A stretch of 64,000 nt of DNA from Acutalibacteraceae bacterium (GTDB taxonomy: Bacteria; Bacillota; Clostridia; Oscillospirales; Acutalibacteraceae): contig JAXJUM010000042.1 in assembly GCA_036309045.1 (NCBI GenBank), forward strand, positions 48,744-112,743, in the 5' to 3' direction. Under the pieces are notes generated by a model. It was not told where the DNA came from. It made no database searches and saw only the letters and a program-made list of their open reading frames with translations. Of this stretch, positions 30,029-39,732 are shown piece by piece; position 1 is the first letter of the stretch; each line of letters opens with the position of its first letter. The translations under genes were made by a program, and so were the position numbers.

Positions 30029-32345
30029 AACCTTAAGAAATTTATTTAAGCAGGACAAGAAAAAGTTTACTGTTCCAAAAGGTGTTCAGGATGTAATTCC
30101 TGTTCAGGCTATTTACGATGATGGTGTTTTCCTTGTTGGTAAGGACAAGTATTCAAAAACTTATAAGTTTACAGATATTAACTATGCAGTAGCGGCTCGT
30201 GAAGATAAGGAAGAAATGTTCCTTGAATACTCAGAACTGCTCAATTCATTCGATAGTGGTGCTACCACTAAAATCACAATCAACAATCGCAGACTTAATC
30301 GTCTAGATTTTGAAAAGTCGATTCTTATTCCTGAAGCTGACGATAACCTTGATGTTTATCGTAAAGAGTACAATAAGATGTTGCTTGAAAAAGCGACAGG
30401 TGCAAATGCTATGGTACAGGACAAGTACATAACAGTTTCGGTATGTAAGAAAAGCATTGAGGATGCACGAAACTATTTCTCTCGTGTAGGTGCAGAGTTT
30501 GCAACTCATCTTAACAAGCTCGGTAGTAGCTGTGTTGAAATGGATACAGATGAACGACTTCGTGTATTCCACGATTTTTATCGTACAGGAGAAGAAAGCT
30601 CTTTCCATTTTGATATTAAAGAGAGCCGAAAGAAAGGTCATAGCTTTAAGGATTATATTTGTCCTGATTCAATGGAGTTTGAAAAGGACTATATCAAAAT
30701 CGGCGACAGATATGCAAGAATCCTTTTTATGAGAGATTACGCATCATATATCAAAGACAGTATGATTGCTGAGATTACCGACCTTAACAGAAATCTTATG
30801 CTTTCCATTGATGTTGTGCCTGTGCCTACCGATGAAGCAGTGCGAGAAGCTGAAAGCCGATTGCTTGGTGTTGAAACAAATATCACTAACTGGCAACGCA
30901 GACAGAACGCAAACAATAACTTCTCTGCAACAGTACCTTATGATATGGAACAGCAGAAGCGAGAGATGAAAGAGTTTCTTGATGACCTTACTACTCGTGA
31001 CCAGCGAATGATGTTTGCTGTTTTAACTATGGTGCATACAGCAGATACAAAAGAACAGCTTGATAGTGATACTGAAGCACTTTTAACTACAGCGAGAAAA
31101 CATCTTTGTCAGTTTGCTGCGCTTAAATTCCAACAGCTTGATGGTTTAAATACTGTAATGCCTTTTGGTGTACGCAAGATTGACAGTTTCCGTACATTGA
31201 CTACGGAATCACTTTCAGTTCTTATGCCTTTCAGAGTGCAGGATGTATTTCATCAGAATGGTATCTACTATGGTCAGAATGTCATTTCAAAGAATATGAT
31301 TGTTGCTGACCGCAGACAGCTTCTTAATGGTAATGCCTTTGTATTAGGTGTATCAGGTGGCGGTAAGTCGTTCTTTGCAAAGGGTGACCTTACTAACTTA
31401 ATGCTTGCAACAGATGCAGATATTATTGTTATTGACCCTGAGCGAGAATACAGTCCTCTCATCAAGGCTCTGGGCGGAGAGGTTATTGATATTTCGGCAA
31501 CGTCAAAGAATCATATCAATGCAATGGATATGTCAAAGGAATATGGTGATGGTGCAAACCCTGTTATTCTTAAATCTGAGTTCATTATGTCATTATGCGA
31601 ACAGTTTATTCCGCTTGGTGCAAAAGAGAAGTCAATCATTGACCGATGTACTGCAAGTGTGTATCGTACATATCAGCAGAATAACTACACAGGCAGAGTT
31701 CCTACTCTTAAAGATTTTAGACAGGAGCTTCTTAATCAGAATGAGCCTGAAGCACAGGCTATTGCTCTTGCTATTGAGTTGTTCACAAATGGTTCTCTCA
31801 ACACATTTGCAAAGCATACCAATGTAGATACAGATAACCGACTTATCTGTTACGATATTCTTGATTTGGGTAAACAGCTTATGCCAATCGGTATGCTTGT
31901 TATCCTTGATAGTATTCTAAACAGAATTACAGAGAACAGAGCAAAAAATAAGACAACATATATCTTTATCGACGAGATTTACTTACTGTTCCAGCACGAG
32001 TATTCAGCAAACTTCTTGTTTACTCTTTGGAAGCGTGTCCGTAAGTATGGTGCTTATGCAACTGGTATTACCCAGAATGTCGAAGACCTTTTACAGAGTC
32101 ACACAGCGAGAACTATGCTCGCAAACTCTGAATTTATCGCTATGCTCAATCAGGCATCAACCGATAGAATTGAGCTTGCAAATCTTCTGAATATTTCAGA
32201 ACAGCAGATGTCGTATATTACGAATGTTGAAGCAGGTTGTGGTCTTATTAAAATCGGTAGTTCGCTTGTGCCGTTTGAGAATAAGTTCCCTAAAAATACA
32301 AAGTTATACAAGTTAATGACAACAAAGCCCGGAGAGAGTGCATAA
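30021..32345 (+). CDS. VirB4-like conjugative ATPase
   Basis: 774 aa with Walker A GVSGGGKS and Walker B IFIDEIY. Confidence 0.9.
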   Translation: MIKTLRNLFKQDKKKFTVPKGVQDVIPVQAIYDDGVFLVGKDKYSKTYKFTDINYAVAAREDKEEMFLEYSELLNSFDSGATTKITINNRRLNRLDFEKSILIPEADDNLDVYRKEYNKMLLEKATGANAMVQDKYITVSVCKKSIEDARNYFSRVGAEFATHLNKLGSSCVEMDTDERLRVFHDFYRTGEESSFHFDIKESRKKGHSFKDYICPDSMEFEKDYIKIGDRYARILFMRDYASYIKDSMIAEITDLNRNLMLSIDVVPVPTDEAVREAESRLLGVETNITNWQRRQNANNNFSATVPYDMEQQKREMKEFLDDLTTRDQRMMFAVLTMVHTADTKEQLDSDTEALLTTARKHLCQFAALKFQQLDGLNTVMPFGVRKIDSFRTLTTESLSVLMPFRVQDVFHQNGIYYGQNVISKNMIVADRRQLLNGNAFVLGVSGGGKSFFAKGDLTNLMLATDADIIVIDPEREYSPLIKALGGEVIDISATSKNHINAMDMSKEYGDGANPVILKSEFIMSLCEQFIPLGAKEKSIIDRCTASVYRTYQQNNYTGRVPTLKDFRQELLNQNEPEAQAIALAIELFTNGSLNTFAKHTNVDTDNRLICYDILDLGKQLMPIGMLVILDSILNRITENRAKNKTTYIFIDEIYLLFQHEYSANFLFTLWKRVRKYGAYATGITQNVEDLLQSHTARTMLANSEFIAMLNQASTDRIELANLLNISEQQMSYITNVEAGCGLIKIGSSLVPFENKFPKNTKLYKLMTTKPGESA

Positions 32346-32370
32346 CTCTCTTTGGGATAATGGAGGTAAA

Positions 32371-33192
32371 ATGAATAAGAAAATTTTAATCGTTATTGTA
32401 GTGCTTACTGTGATTTTCTCAGTAAGTACATTTTTTATTATTAAGTATCATTATCAGTCAAATGCGACTGAAAAGCTTTATCAGGAGGTGTACGAGAGTA
32501 TGACCGAACCTGAAACAAAGCAGACATTAGCTACTGAAAATGCTGATGTAGATAAGAATACAAACCCTTATGCAAATATTCCTGAGAATAGCGGTGTAAC
32601 TACAAGTGATACATCAACAAGCACTAATGTGTTGAGTGCTGAGAAAAACGAAGATATGGTAGGTTGGATTAAGATAGAGGGTACTAAAATTAACTATCCT
32701 GTTATGTTTACACCAAGCAATCCTGACTTTTATCTTAACCACGATTTCTATAAGAATGAGAACATCTATGGTTGTCCCTACGTTCAGGCAAACTGCAATG
32801 TTGTAGCTCCGTCAGACAATGTAATTATCTATGGTCATCATATGAATGATGGTGCTATGTTCGCTGACCTTGAAAAGTTCAGAAGCAAAGATTTCTGGAA
32901 ATCTCACAAGAAAATCAGCTTTGACACCTTAAATAAGAAAGGTACATACGAAGTTATGGCTGTGTTTGCTGTGTCTGTAGATGAAACAGATGATAACAAC
33001 TTCAAGTTCTATGAGTTTGTAAACTCTTATGACCCTCAACATTTTAGAGATTTTGTGAATAAATGCAAAAACCTTTCTTTTTACAATACTGGAGTTAATG
33101 CAGAATACGGTGATAAGCTCCTTACACTATCCACTTGTGATTATACCTATAACAACGGCAGACTTGTTGTTGTAGCTAAAAGAATATCTTGA
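32371..33192 (+). CDS. Class B sortase
   Basis: N-terminal TM segment, plus YGHHM, TLSTC (catalytic Cys) and RLVVVAKR motifs. Confidence 0.8.
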   Translation: MNKKILIVIVVLTVIFSVSTFFIIKYHYQSNATEKLYQEVYESMTEPETKQTLATENADVDKNTNPYANIPENSGVTTSDTSTSTNVLSAEKNEDMVGWIKIEGTKINYPVMFTPSNPDFYLNHDFYKNENIYGCPYVQANCNVVAPSDNVIIYGHHMNDGAMFADLEKFRSKDFWKSHKKISFDTLNKKGTYEVMAVFAVSVDETDDNNFKFYEFVNSYDPQHFRDFVNKCKNLSFYNTGVNAEYGDKLLTLSTCDYTYNNGRLVVVAKRIS

Positions 33193-33198
33193 TAAACA

Positions 33199-33567
33199 AT
33201 GTTACCGAGAATGAATAAGGAGCAACAGCACCAAGCTAAAAAGCTAATTAAGAGCTTATGTTGTAATTACCAAGATGGTAACTGCCTATTATTAGACGAT
33301 GGTGAACCTTGTGTTTGTGTTCAAAGTATATCATATTCTCTATGTTGTAATTATTTCAGGGTTGCGGTACTACCAACGAAGCCTGTTCTTGAAGCAGAGT
33401 TAATAGCACCCGATAAATTGAGCTTGTGTAAGGATTGTAAAAGACCGTATGTAAAGAAAAGATACAATCAGTTGTTTTGTAAAGAATGTTCCAAACTCAG
33501 ATATAAAAAACAGCAGGCAGAATACTCTTTAAAAAGACGTTTGGAAAGTCGAAAAAGTGTTATCTAA
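33199..33567 (+). CDS. Cysteine-rich VLP-type protein
   Basis: Product carries LCCNYQDGNCLLLDDGEPCVCVQ and SLCCNYFRVAVLP. Confidence 0.6.
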   Translation: MLPRMNKEQQHQAKKLIKSLCCNYQDGNCLLLDDGEPCVCVQSISYSLCCNYFRVAVLPTKPVLEAELIAPDKLSLCKDCKRPYVKKRYNQLFCKECSKLRYKKQQAEYSLKRRLESRKSVI

Positions 33568-33753
33568 AACCCTAGTGTTTATGCGGTTTTTAAAGTGCAA
33601 AATTGAGTGGTAAAGGTAATTATACCTTTACCCTCGTTTTGCACAAATATGCCTCATACGGGCATTTTAAGCGATAGACAAAATGAAGAACGAGTAGTAT
33701 AATTACAGAAAGATAAACTTGAATTTGATGGTCTTAGTACGAAAGGATTTATT

Positions 33754-34677
33754 ATGAACAAAGGATATTCAAATGATACAATCTGGAAACAAATTCAGGA
33801 GTATTTACCTGAAGAAAATAGACTTAATGATAATAATATGCCAAATGAAGAAATGATTGAATTTGGGAATAATACAATTCATGTTGACCATTACTTGTGT
33901 CCCAATGAAAAAGGTGTGATTGCTATATATCATGGTGTTGGTGGTAATGGAAGACTCCTTTCTTTTATTGCTGTGCCTTTGTGCAAAGCAGGATATGAGG
34001 TAGTGTGCCCTGATTTGCCGCTATATGGTCATACTATATGTAACAATACAGTTGCTTATTCTGATTGGGTAGATTCCGGAGTTGAGGTTGCAAAGAAATA
34101 TCGTAAAGAAAACAAACCGCTGTACCTGTTTGGATTAAGTGCAGGAGGAATGCTTGCATACCAGGTTTCTTGTAAGTTGGAAAATTTAGATGGACTCATA
34201 GTAACTTGTTTATTAGACCAAAGAATCAATAAAGTTACTAAAGAAACTGCATCTTCAAAGTTATTGGTAACCTTAGGAAAGCCAATTCTTAAAGCGACAC
34301 ACCACATAATAGGTAAGATGAAAATTCCGATGAAATTTGTATGCAATATGAAAGCTATCGTGAACAATGAAAACTTGGCAAAACTTCTTATGAGTGACCC
34401 GATTTCATCGGGAACAAAAGTAAGCTTAGAATTTCTAAATGGAATGTTAAATCCGAATATAGAAATTGAGCCTGAAGATTATCAAAAATGTCCTGTGTTA
34501 CTTGTTCATCCGCAGGAGGATTATTGGACGGATGTATCTTTAAGCGAACTGTTTTTTGACAAGATAAAAGCTGCGAAAGAATTAGAAATGCTTTGCGGTG
34601 CAGGACATTTTCCGATTGAAGATAAAGGCTTGAAACAGTTAGAAAAATTTTGCTTAAACTTTATGGAGTCAAATTGA
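33754..34677 (+). CDS. Alpha/beta hydrolase (lysophospholipase-like), cargo
   Basis: HGVGG oxyanion region, GLSAGG nucleophile elbow and a C-terminal GAGHF. Confidence 0.7.
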   Translation: MNKGYSNDTIWKQIQEYLPEENRLNDNNMPNEEMIEFGNNTIHVDHYLCPNEKGVIAIYHGVGGNGRLLSFIAVPLCKAGYEVVCPDLPLYGHTICNNTVAYSDWVDSGVEVAKKYRKENKPLYLFGLSAGGMLAYQVSCKLENLDGLIVTCLLDQRINKVTKETASSKLLVTLGKPILKATHHIIGKMKIPMKFVCNMKAIVNNENLAKLLMSDPISSGTKVSLEFLNGMLNPNIEIEPEDYQKCPVLLVHPQEDYWTDVSLSELFFDKIKAAKELEMLCGAGHFPIEDKGLKQLEKFCLNFMESN

Positions 34678-34777
34678 TAAATGATAATTTATCGAACTAA
34701 ATATTAATAATTTAACTCTGATTGGAGAACCCAGTCAGAGTTTTTCTTTGCGTAAAAATTTTGAAAGGAGGTAGAAA

Positions 34778-36529
34778 ATGCCTGATATTAAAACAAGAGA
34801 TTTAGTGAAAGGAACTATTAAAACGCTTGATAAAGCTGTTGTAACATCAGAGCGTATGAAACAAGCGTACATTCAAACAAAAGATAAATCAACAGAATCA
34901 GTAAGCTCACAAGATTACTCACCCGAAGATTATGCTTTAACAAAAATTGAAGGAGCCGTTGAAAGCACTGTTAGAGAGACTACACATCAATCTGTTAATC
35001 TCGGTAAAAAGGCGATGAATAAAACTAAAAATGAAGTTAAAAGGCACTTTGAAAACAAAGCAAATAATAATACTCAGGAGATGGGACGTAATACCGCTAA
35101 AAAAACTACAGTTCAAAAGAGTAAACAAGCCCATTCCCAAAAAATTCGTACCGCTGAACAGACTACAAAAGGTGTGAAACAGACGGCAAAAAGCACAGGT
35201 TCAAAGGCGATAAAGACAGCACAGAAAGGTACGGTCAAAACTGCAAAAACAAGTGTTAAGACAGCCGAAAAGACCTCAAAGGCAGCTATTAAAACTGCCG
35301 AAAAATCCGCAAAGGCGGCTAAAGAAGCGGCAAAAGCATCAGCAAAAGCCGCAGAAAAAGCAGCTCAGGCTGCAAAGGCTACAGCACAAGCAGCTGTCAG
35401 GGCTACAAAGATTGCAATTAAAGCTGTTATTGCGGCTATAAAAGCAATTATCGCAGGTGTTAAGGCTTTAGGTGCGGCGATTGCCGCAGGTGGTTGGGTT
35501 GCAGTTATTATAATTATTGTTATTTGCCTGATTGCTCTTATTGTCGGTTCTTGTTACGGAATATTTTTTGCAGGAGAGGACTCAGGTTCGGGTATTACAT
35601 TACCATCAGCTATAAGCGAAATTAACGGAGAATACAATCAACAGATTGAACAGTTAAAAAGTGATAATCCACACGATATTCTTGAAATGTCAGGAACAAA
35701 AGCCGAGTGGAAAGAGGTTATTGCAATTTATGCTGTTGATAAAACTATGGCTGACCTTAACCCTGCTAACCCTGATGAAGCTCAGCAGGTTGCCACTATG
35801 GATGAAGAGAAAAAGGAATACCTGAAAAATCTCTTTTGGGAAATGAATAAAATCGAGCATCGCACCGAAACGAAAACAGTTACGGAAACTGTTGAGGAAG
35901 TTCGGGATGATGGTAGTGTAGAGTTGGTTGAAAGGGAGGTTGAAAAAACCACTTTATATATTACTGTTACACACATCAGCCTTGAAGAAATGATGTCTCA
36001 GAAAAATTTCACGGATGTACAAAGAGATATGGTATATGAACTTCTCGCTGATGAAAACAATATCTTATGGCTTGATGCACTGCACGGAATTACCAGCTCA
36101 GATACAGAAATTGTAAGCGTTGCTCAAGCACAGATAGGTAACGTTGGCGGACAACCTTACTGGAGTTGGTACGGATTCGGTTCTCGTGTAGAATGGTGTG
36201 CCTGTTTTGTTTCTTGGTGTGCAAATGAGTGTGGATACATTGATGCAGGACTTATTCCAAAATACGCAGTGTGTGATACAGGTGTATATTGGTTTAAGGA
36301 GAGAGGTGAATGGGTTGAGGGTACTGAAGAACCTAAACCCGGTATGATAATCTTCTTTGATTGGGAATACGATGGTTTGGATGGAAACTCCGACCACACA
36401 GGTATTGTAGAAAAAGTTGAAGGTGGTAGAGTATATACGATAGAGGGCAATGCGAGTGACTCTTGTATGGAGTGTTCCTACCCTGTAGGTTATTATGAGA
36501 TATTAGGCTATGGAGCCCCTGCGTATTAA
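34778..36529 (+). CDS. T4SS-associated peptidoglycan hydrolase with C-terminal CHAP domain
   Basis: Lys/Ala-rich repeats, one TM segment and CHAP motifs (WCACFVSWC and DHTGIV...IEGN). Confidence 0.8.
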   Translation: MPDIKTRDLVKGTIKTLDKAVVTSERMKQAYIQTKDKSTESVSSQDYSPEDYALTKIEGAVESTVRETTHQSVNLGKKAMNKTKNEVKRHFENKANNNTQEMGRNTAKKTTVQKSKQAHSQKIRTAEQTTKGVKQTAKSTGSKAIKTAQKGTVKTAKTSVKTAEKTSKAAIKTAEKSAKAAKEAAKASAKAAEKAAQAAKATAQAAVRATKIAIKAVIAAIKAIIAGVKALGAAIAAGGWVAVIIIIVICLIALIVGSCYGIFFAGEDSGSGITLPSAISEINGEYNQQIEQLKSDNPHDILEMSGTKAEWKEVIAIYAVDKTMADLNPANPDEAQQVATMDEEKKEYLKNLFWEMNKIEHRTETKTVTETVEEVRDDGSVELVEREVEKTTLYITVTHISLEEMMSQKNFTDVQRDMVYELLADENNILWLDALHGITSSDTEIVSVAQAQIGNVGGQPYWSWYGFGSRVEWCACFVSWCANECGYIDAGLIPKYAVCDTGVYWFKERGEWVEGTEEPKPGMIIFFDWEYDGLDGNSDHTGIVEKVEGGRVYTIEGNASDSCMECSYPVGYYEILGYGAPAY

Positions 36530-36537
36530 AATAGTTT

Positions 36538-36567
36538 GAGGTCGTCCTTCGGGGCGACCTCTTTTTT
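36538..36567 (+). terminator. Rho-independent terminator
   Basis: GAGGTCGTCC-TTCG-GGGCGACCTC followed by TTTTTT. Confidence 0.75.
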
Positions 36568-36635
36568 CGTTATAGCGATTTGTTGACAGTGCTCAAGACT
36601 AATTCTATAATATTAATATAAAGATTTAATGGTGG

Positions 36636-37337
36636 ATGATTAGTATGATATATGTAATATCTGATTTGCACGGCTATCCTTTTGATAAATTCCAAGAGCT
36701 ACTGAATAAAGCGAACTTTTCAAAGGATGATTATTTGTTTATACTCGGTGATGTAATTGATAGAGGAATGTATGGCACAGAATATTTAAAGTGGCTTTTG
36801 TATCAAGAAAATGTTGAATTGCTTCTTGGAAATCACGAAGCTATGTTACTTTCGTGCAGTTTCCTTTTTGAAGAGGTTAATGAAGAAAATTTGCAAAATC
36901 TAACTCCTGAGAGTTTAGAACTTCTTGCTAATTGGAAGGATAATGGTGCTAAGTGGACTTTAGAGGGCTTTTATGCTATGGAACAGGAAGATAGGATTAG
37001 TATTATTGAATATCTTCGTGAAGCACCTTTGCATGAGATTGTGTCTGTGAATAATAAAGATTATATGCTAACTCATAGTGGCTTGGGTGGTTTTGCAGTT
37101 GGTAAGAAAATATCTTCTTATACAGCCGATGAACTACTATGGAACAGACCAAAACTTAGTGATAGGTATTATGACAATATGACAACCATTTTCGGTCACT
37201 CACCTACGTTTATGTATGGTGATGAGCATAACGGTAAGATTATAAAAACAGACACTTGGATAAACATTGATGTCGGTACAGGTTACGGATATTCTCCTGT
37301 ATTATTACGATTAGATGATATGAAAGAATTTAGATGA
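36636..37337 (+). CDS. PPP-family metallophosphoesterase (Ser/Thr phosphatase or ApaH-like), cargo
   Basis: The DLHG, GDVIDRG and GNHE motifs are present. Confidence 0.75.
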   Translation: MISMIYVISDLHGYPFDKFQELLNKANFSKDDYLFILGDVIDRGMYGTEYLKWLLYQENVELLLGNHEAMLLSCSFLFEEVNEENLQNLTPESLELLANWKDNGAKWTLEGFYAMEQEDRISIIEYLREAPLHEIVSVNNKDYMLTHSGLGGFAVGKKISSYTADELLWNRPKLSDRYYDNMTTIFGHSPTFMYGDEHNGKIIKTDTWINIDVGTGYGYSPVLLRLDDMKEFR

Positions 37338-37367
37338 AATAAAAACTAAGATATAGGAAAACTCCGC

Positions 37368-37718
37368 TCACTTTTCTGTGGGCGGAGTTTTTTCGCTGAA
37401 AAGACCATTACATTGGTCAACAATGCTTTCGATTATTCTTATTTGTGCCGGTTCTAAATTTCTTAATTTGTCGGATAAAATCAGTAAGTCTTTATCTACA
37501 ATATCTCCTGTTAGTAAATAGTCAGCACTGACATTCAATGCTTTTGACAATTTCAATAAATTCTCTGGACGCATTGCACGTTTTCCTGATTCAGCATAGG
37601 ATACAAATTGAGGTGTTAAATCGGCATTTTCTGCAAGTTCTTCTTGTGTCCAGCCAAGTCGCTTTCTTAATTCCGTGATTCTGACACCTATTTCCTGTAA
37701 ACAAATATCAGTTTCCAT
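37368..37718 (-). CDS. XRE-family HTH transcriptional regulator
   Basis: Start set at METD. The HTH is WTQEELAENADLTPQFVSYAESGKR. Confidence 0.75.
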   Translation of the reverse strand: METDICLQEIGVRITELRKRLGWTQEELAENADLTPQFVSYAESGKRAMRPENLLKLSKALNVSADYLLTGDIVDKDLLILSDKLRNLEPAQIRIIESIVDQCNGLFSEKTPPTEK

Positions 37719-37857
37719 AATAGCACCCCTACCTTTCAATATCGTCTTGTTAAATTATATCCACAAATCAAGAAATATTTAATCGTTAATTGTTGATTTA
37801 TGTACACAACACGATATATAATATAGATGCTATTTACTATAAGTGTGGTGGATAAAA

Positions 37858-38298
37858 ATGAGCACGAATGAAAGAGCTTGTTGTTTTTTGGGACATAGGG
37901 TTGTGACGGAGGATATATATGATAGATTGAAAGAAGAAATCGAAAATTTGATAATAAATGAAAAAGTAACAACTTTTTATATAGGTCATCAGGGAGCTTT
38001 TGATGGGATGGTGCTGTCGGTATTAAAATCAATGAAAGATAAGCACCCACAAATAAAATATAGTGTTGTACTTGCATATTTGCCAAATAGTGTAGATTCT
38101 TTGTTGGACGAAAAAAACACCCTCTATCCAGAAGGAATAGAGAGCGTACCTAAACGTTTTGCTATATCATGGCGTAATGATTGGCTGATAAGCCATTCTG
38201 ATTATGTGATTTGTTACATAACACATATAACAGGAGGTGCTGTGAAATATGTCACAAAAGCTAAAAATAAAGGGAAATACATTATAAATCTTTCGTAG
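37858..38298 (+). CDS. SLOG-fold DUF1273 (YoqJ-like) protein
   Basis: Start at the ATG at 37858. Product carries CCFLGHR, HQGAFDGM and WRNDWLISHSDYVICY. Its last codons lie inside the left inverted repeat. Confidence 0.6.
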   Translation: MSTNERACCFLGHRVVTEDIYDRLKEEIENLIINEKVTTFYIGHQGAFDGMVLSVLKSMKDKHPQIKYSVVLAYLPNSVDSLLDEKNTLYPEGIESVPKRFAISWRNDWLISHSDYVICYITHITGGAVKYVTKAKNKGKYIINLS

Positions 38299-38316
38299 AG
38301 TATTCCCCTTAACGAA
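38291..38316. repeat. Left 26-bp inverted repeat of a recombinase-bearing invertible segment
   Basis: TTTCGTAGAGTATTCCCCTTAACGAA. Its reverse complement matches 39686-39711 with 1 mismatch. Confidence 0.8.
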
Positions 38317-38344
38317 CATAAACATAACAATTATTATGCTTAAA

Positions 38345-38373
38345 ATTATACATCTTGTTGCTAGATTTGTCAA
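38345..38373 (-). promoter_or_regulatory. Consensus sigma-70 promoter (TTGACA-17 nt-TATAAT) firing leftward out of the invertible segment
   Basis: On the minus strand TTGACA is at 38373-38368 and TATAAT at 38350-38345, with a spacer of exactly 17 nt. It lies 28 nt from the inner edge of the left repeat. Confidence 0.65.
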
Positions 38374-38507
38374 CGAGTTTTGATGAGTTTTGTATAATAA
38401 TATCAGTTTATGTTTAAATGCTTTGTACATGATGTCTGTAATTGTAATGTTTTTGTTTTATTAGCCGTCAAAATTGTCGTCACTTGATATTTAGAAAGGA
38501 TGGTAAG

Positions 38508-39623
38508 ATGTCAAGAAAAGGTGAAAATATATACAAAAGGAAAGATGGACGATGGGAAGGAAGGTTTATAAAGAGGTATGAGCCTACTGGGAAAGCCAAA
38601 TATGGGTATGTTTATGCTAGAACATATAGGGATGTAAAGAGCAAATTGGAGGTCGCAAAAACAAATCATTCACGGTTTAACGATACCAACGATGCAACAT
38701 ATTGTGAACTACTTGATAAATGGTTAGCTTGCAAAAAGCGAGAAGTGAAATATTCGTCTTATATAAGATATAAAAATACGATTGAAAATCATATTAAGCC
38801 AGAACTCGGAAATATGAAAGTAAAAAGTATTTCAGCTGAAATACTTCAAGAGTATTTAAAAGTAAAATCTGAAAATGGACGGATTGATAGGACAGGAGGT
38901 TTATCTAACAAGTCTTTATCAGACATTCTAGTAATAATAAAAGAAACACTTAAATTTGGTAATGTGTACGATACAAGCATTATCAATTTAAAAGCCACTG
39001 CTTCGCAAAAGCATAAATCAATGAGAGTATTGAACGAAAAAGAGCAAACTAACTTAACAATAACTTTATTAAACGATACTGATATATACAAAATGGGAGT
39101 TTTGATATGTCTTTATACTGGCATTAGAATAGGTGAACTCTGTGCTTTAAAATGGTCTGATATTTCTTTAGAAAACAAAGTGATTAACATTAATAAAACT
39201 CTACAAAGACTTCCTAACACCAATCCAGAAGCTAATGCAAAAACTACTCTTTTTACATCAGAACCTAAAAGTGACTCTGGAAACAGAATTATCCCAATAC
39301 CGGAATTTCTATATACTATAATTCTCCCCTTTAGGAAACAGGACGAAATGAATGTGATATCTACAGATAAAAAACCTTTGATTGAGCCAAGAACAATGCA
39401 AAACTACTTCAAAAAGTATTTAGCAGAAAGTAATATATCGGATGCTAATTTTCATTCATTAAGGCACACCTTTGCAACGAGGTGCATAGAAGTGGGATTT
39501 GATATAAAAACGCTAAGTGAAATTCTTGGTCATTCTAGTGTAAAAATCACACTAGATAGATATGTTCATTCATCTTTAAATCTAAAAAAGCTAAATATGC
39601 AAAAACTAAAATTTGCAATCTAA
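38508..39623 (+). CDS. Tyrosine recombinase (phage-integrase family) inside the invertible segment
   Basis: N-terminus MSRKGENIYKRKDGRWEGRF, plus C-terminal HSLRHTFATR and LGHSSVKITLDRYVH catalytic motifs. Confidence 0.85.
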   Translation: MSRKGENIYKRKDGRWEGRFIKRYEPTGKAKYGYVYARTYRDVKSKLEVAKTNHSRFNDTNDATYCELLDKWLACKKREVKYSSYIRYKNTIENHIKPELGNMKVKSISAEILQEYLKVKSENGRIDRTGGLSNKSLSDILVIIKETLKFGNVYDTSIINLKATASQKHKSMRVLNEKEQTNLTITLLNDTDIYKMGVLICLYTGIRIGELCALKWSDISLENKVININKTLQRLPNTNPEANAKTTLFTSEPKSDSGNRIIPIPEFLYTIILPFRKQDEMNVISTDKKPLIEPRTMQNYFKKYLAESNISDANFHSLRHTFATRCIEVGFDIKTLSEILGHSSVKITLDRYVHSSLNLKKLNMQKLKFAI

Positions 39624-39647
39624 TAGCCGTCAAAAATATAGTCAACG

Positions 39648-39688
39648 AAGCAACAACTCCTCTATAAATGCTGAGTTGTTGCTTTTTC
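39648..39688 (+). terminator. Rho-independent terminator after the recombinase gene
   Basis: 11-bp perfect stem AGCAACAACTC/GAGTTGTTGCT followed by TTTTT, abutting the right repeat. Confidence 0.7.
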
Positions 39689-39711
39689 GTCAAGGGGAAT
39701 ACTCTACGAAA
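39686..39711. repeat. Right 26-bp inverted repeat
   Basis: TTCGTCAAGGGGAATACTCTACGAAA, the partner of 38291-38316. Confidence 0.8.
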
Positions 39712-39732
39712 ATAATGTGAAGGAAAAATCAA

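Noticed and set aside
35253-35441. 62-aa alternative-frame ORF in the Lys/Ala-rich repeat region of the CHAP hydrolase gene
   Set aside because: It is a repeat-driven open frame. The main frame is continuous and has a recognisable TM + CHAP architecture.
37736-38086. 116-aa minus-strand ORF overlapping the SLOG gene start
   Set aside because: It overlaps a better-supported + strand gene and the divergent promoter region, and has no RBS or motif.
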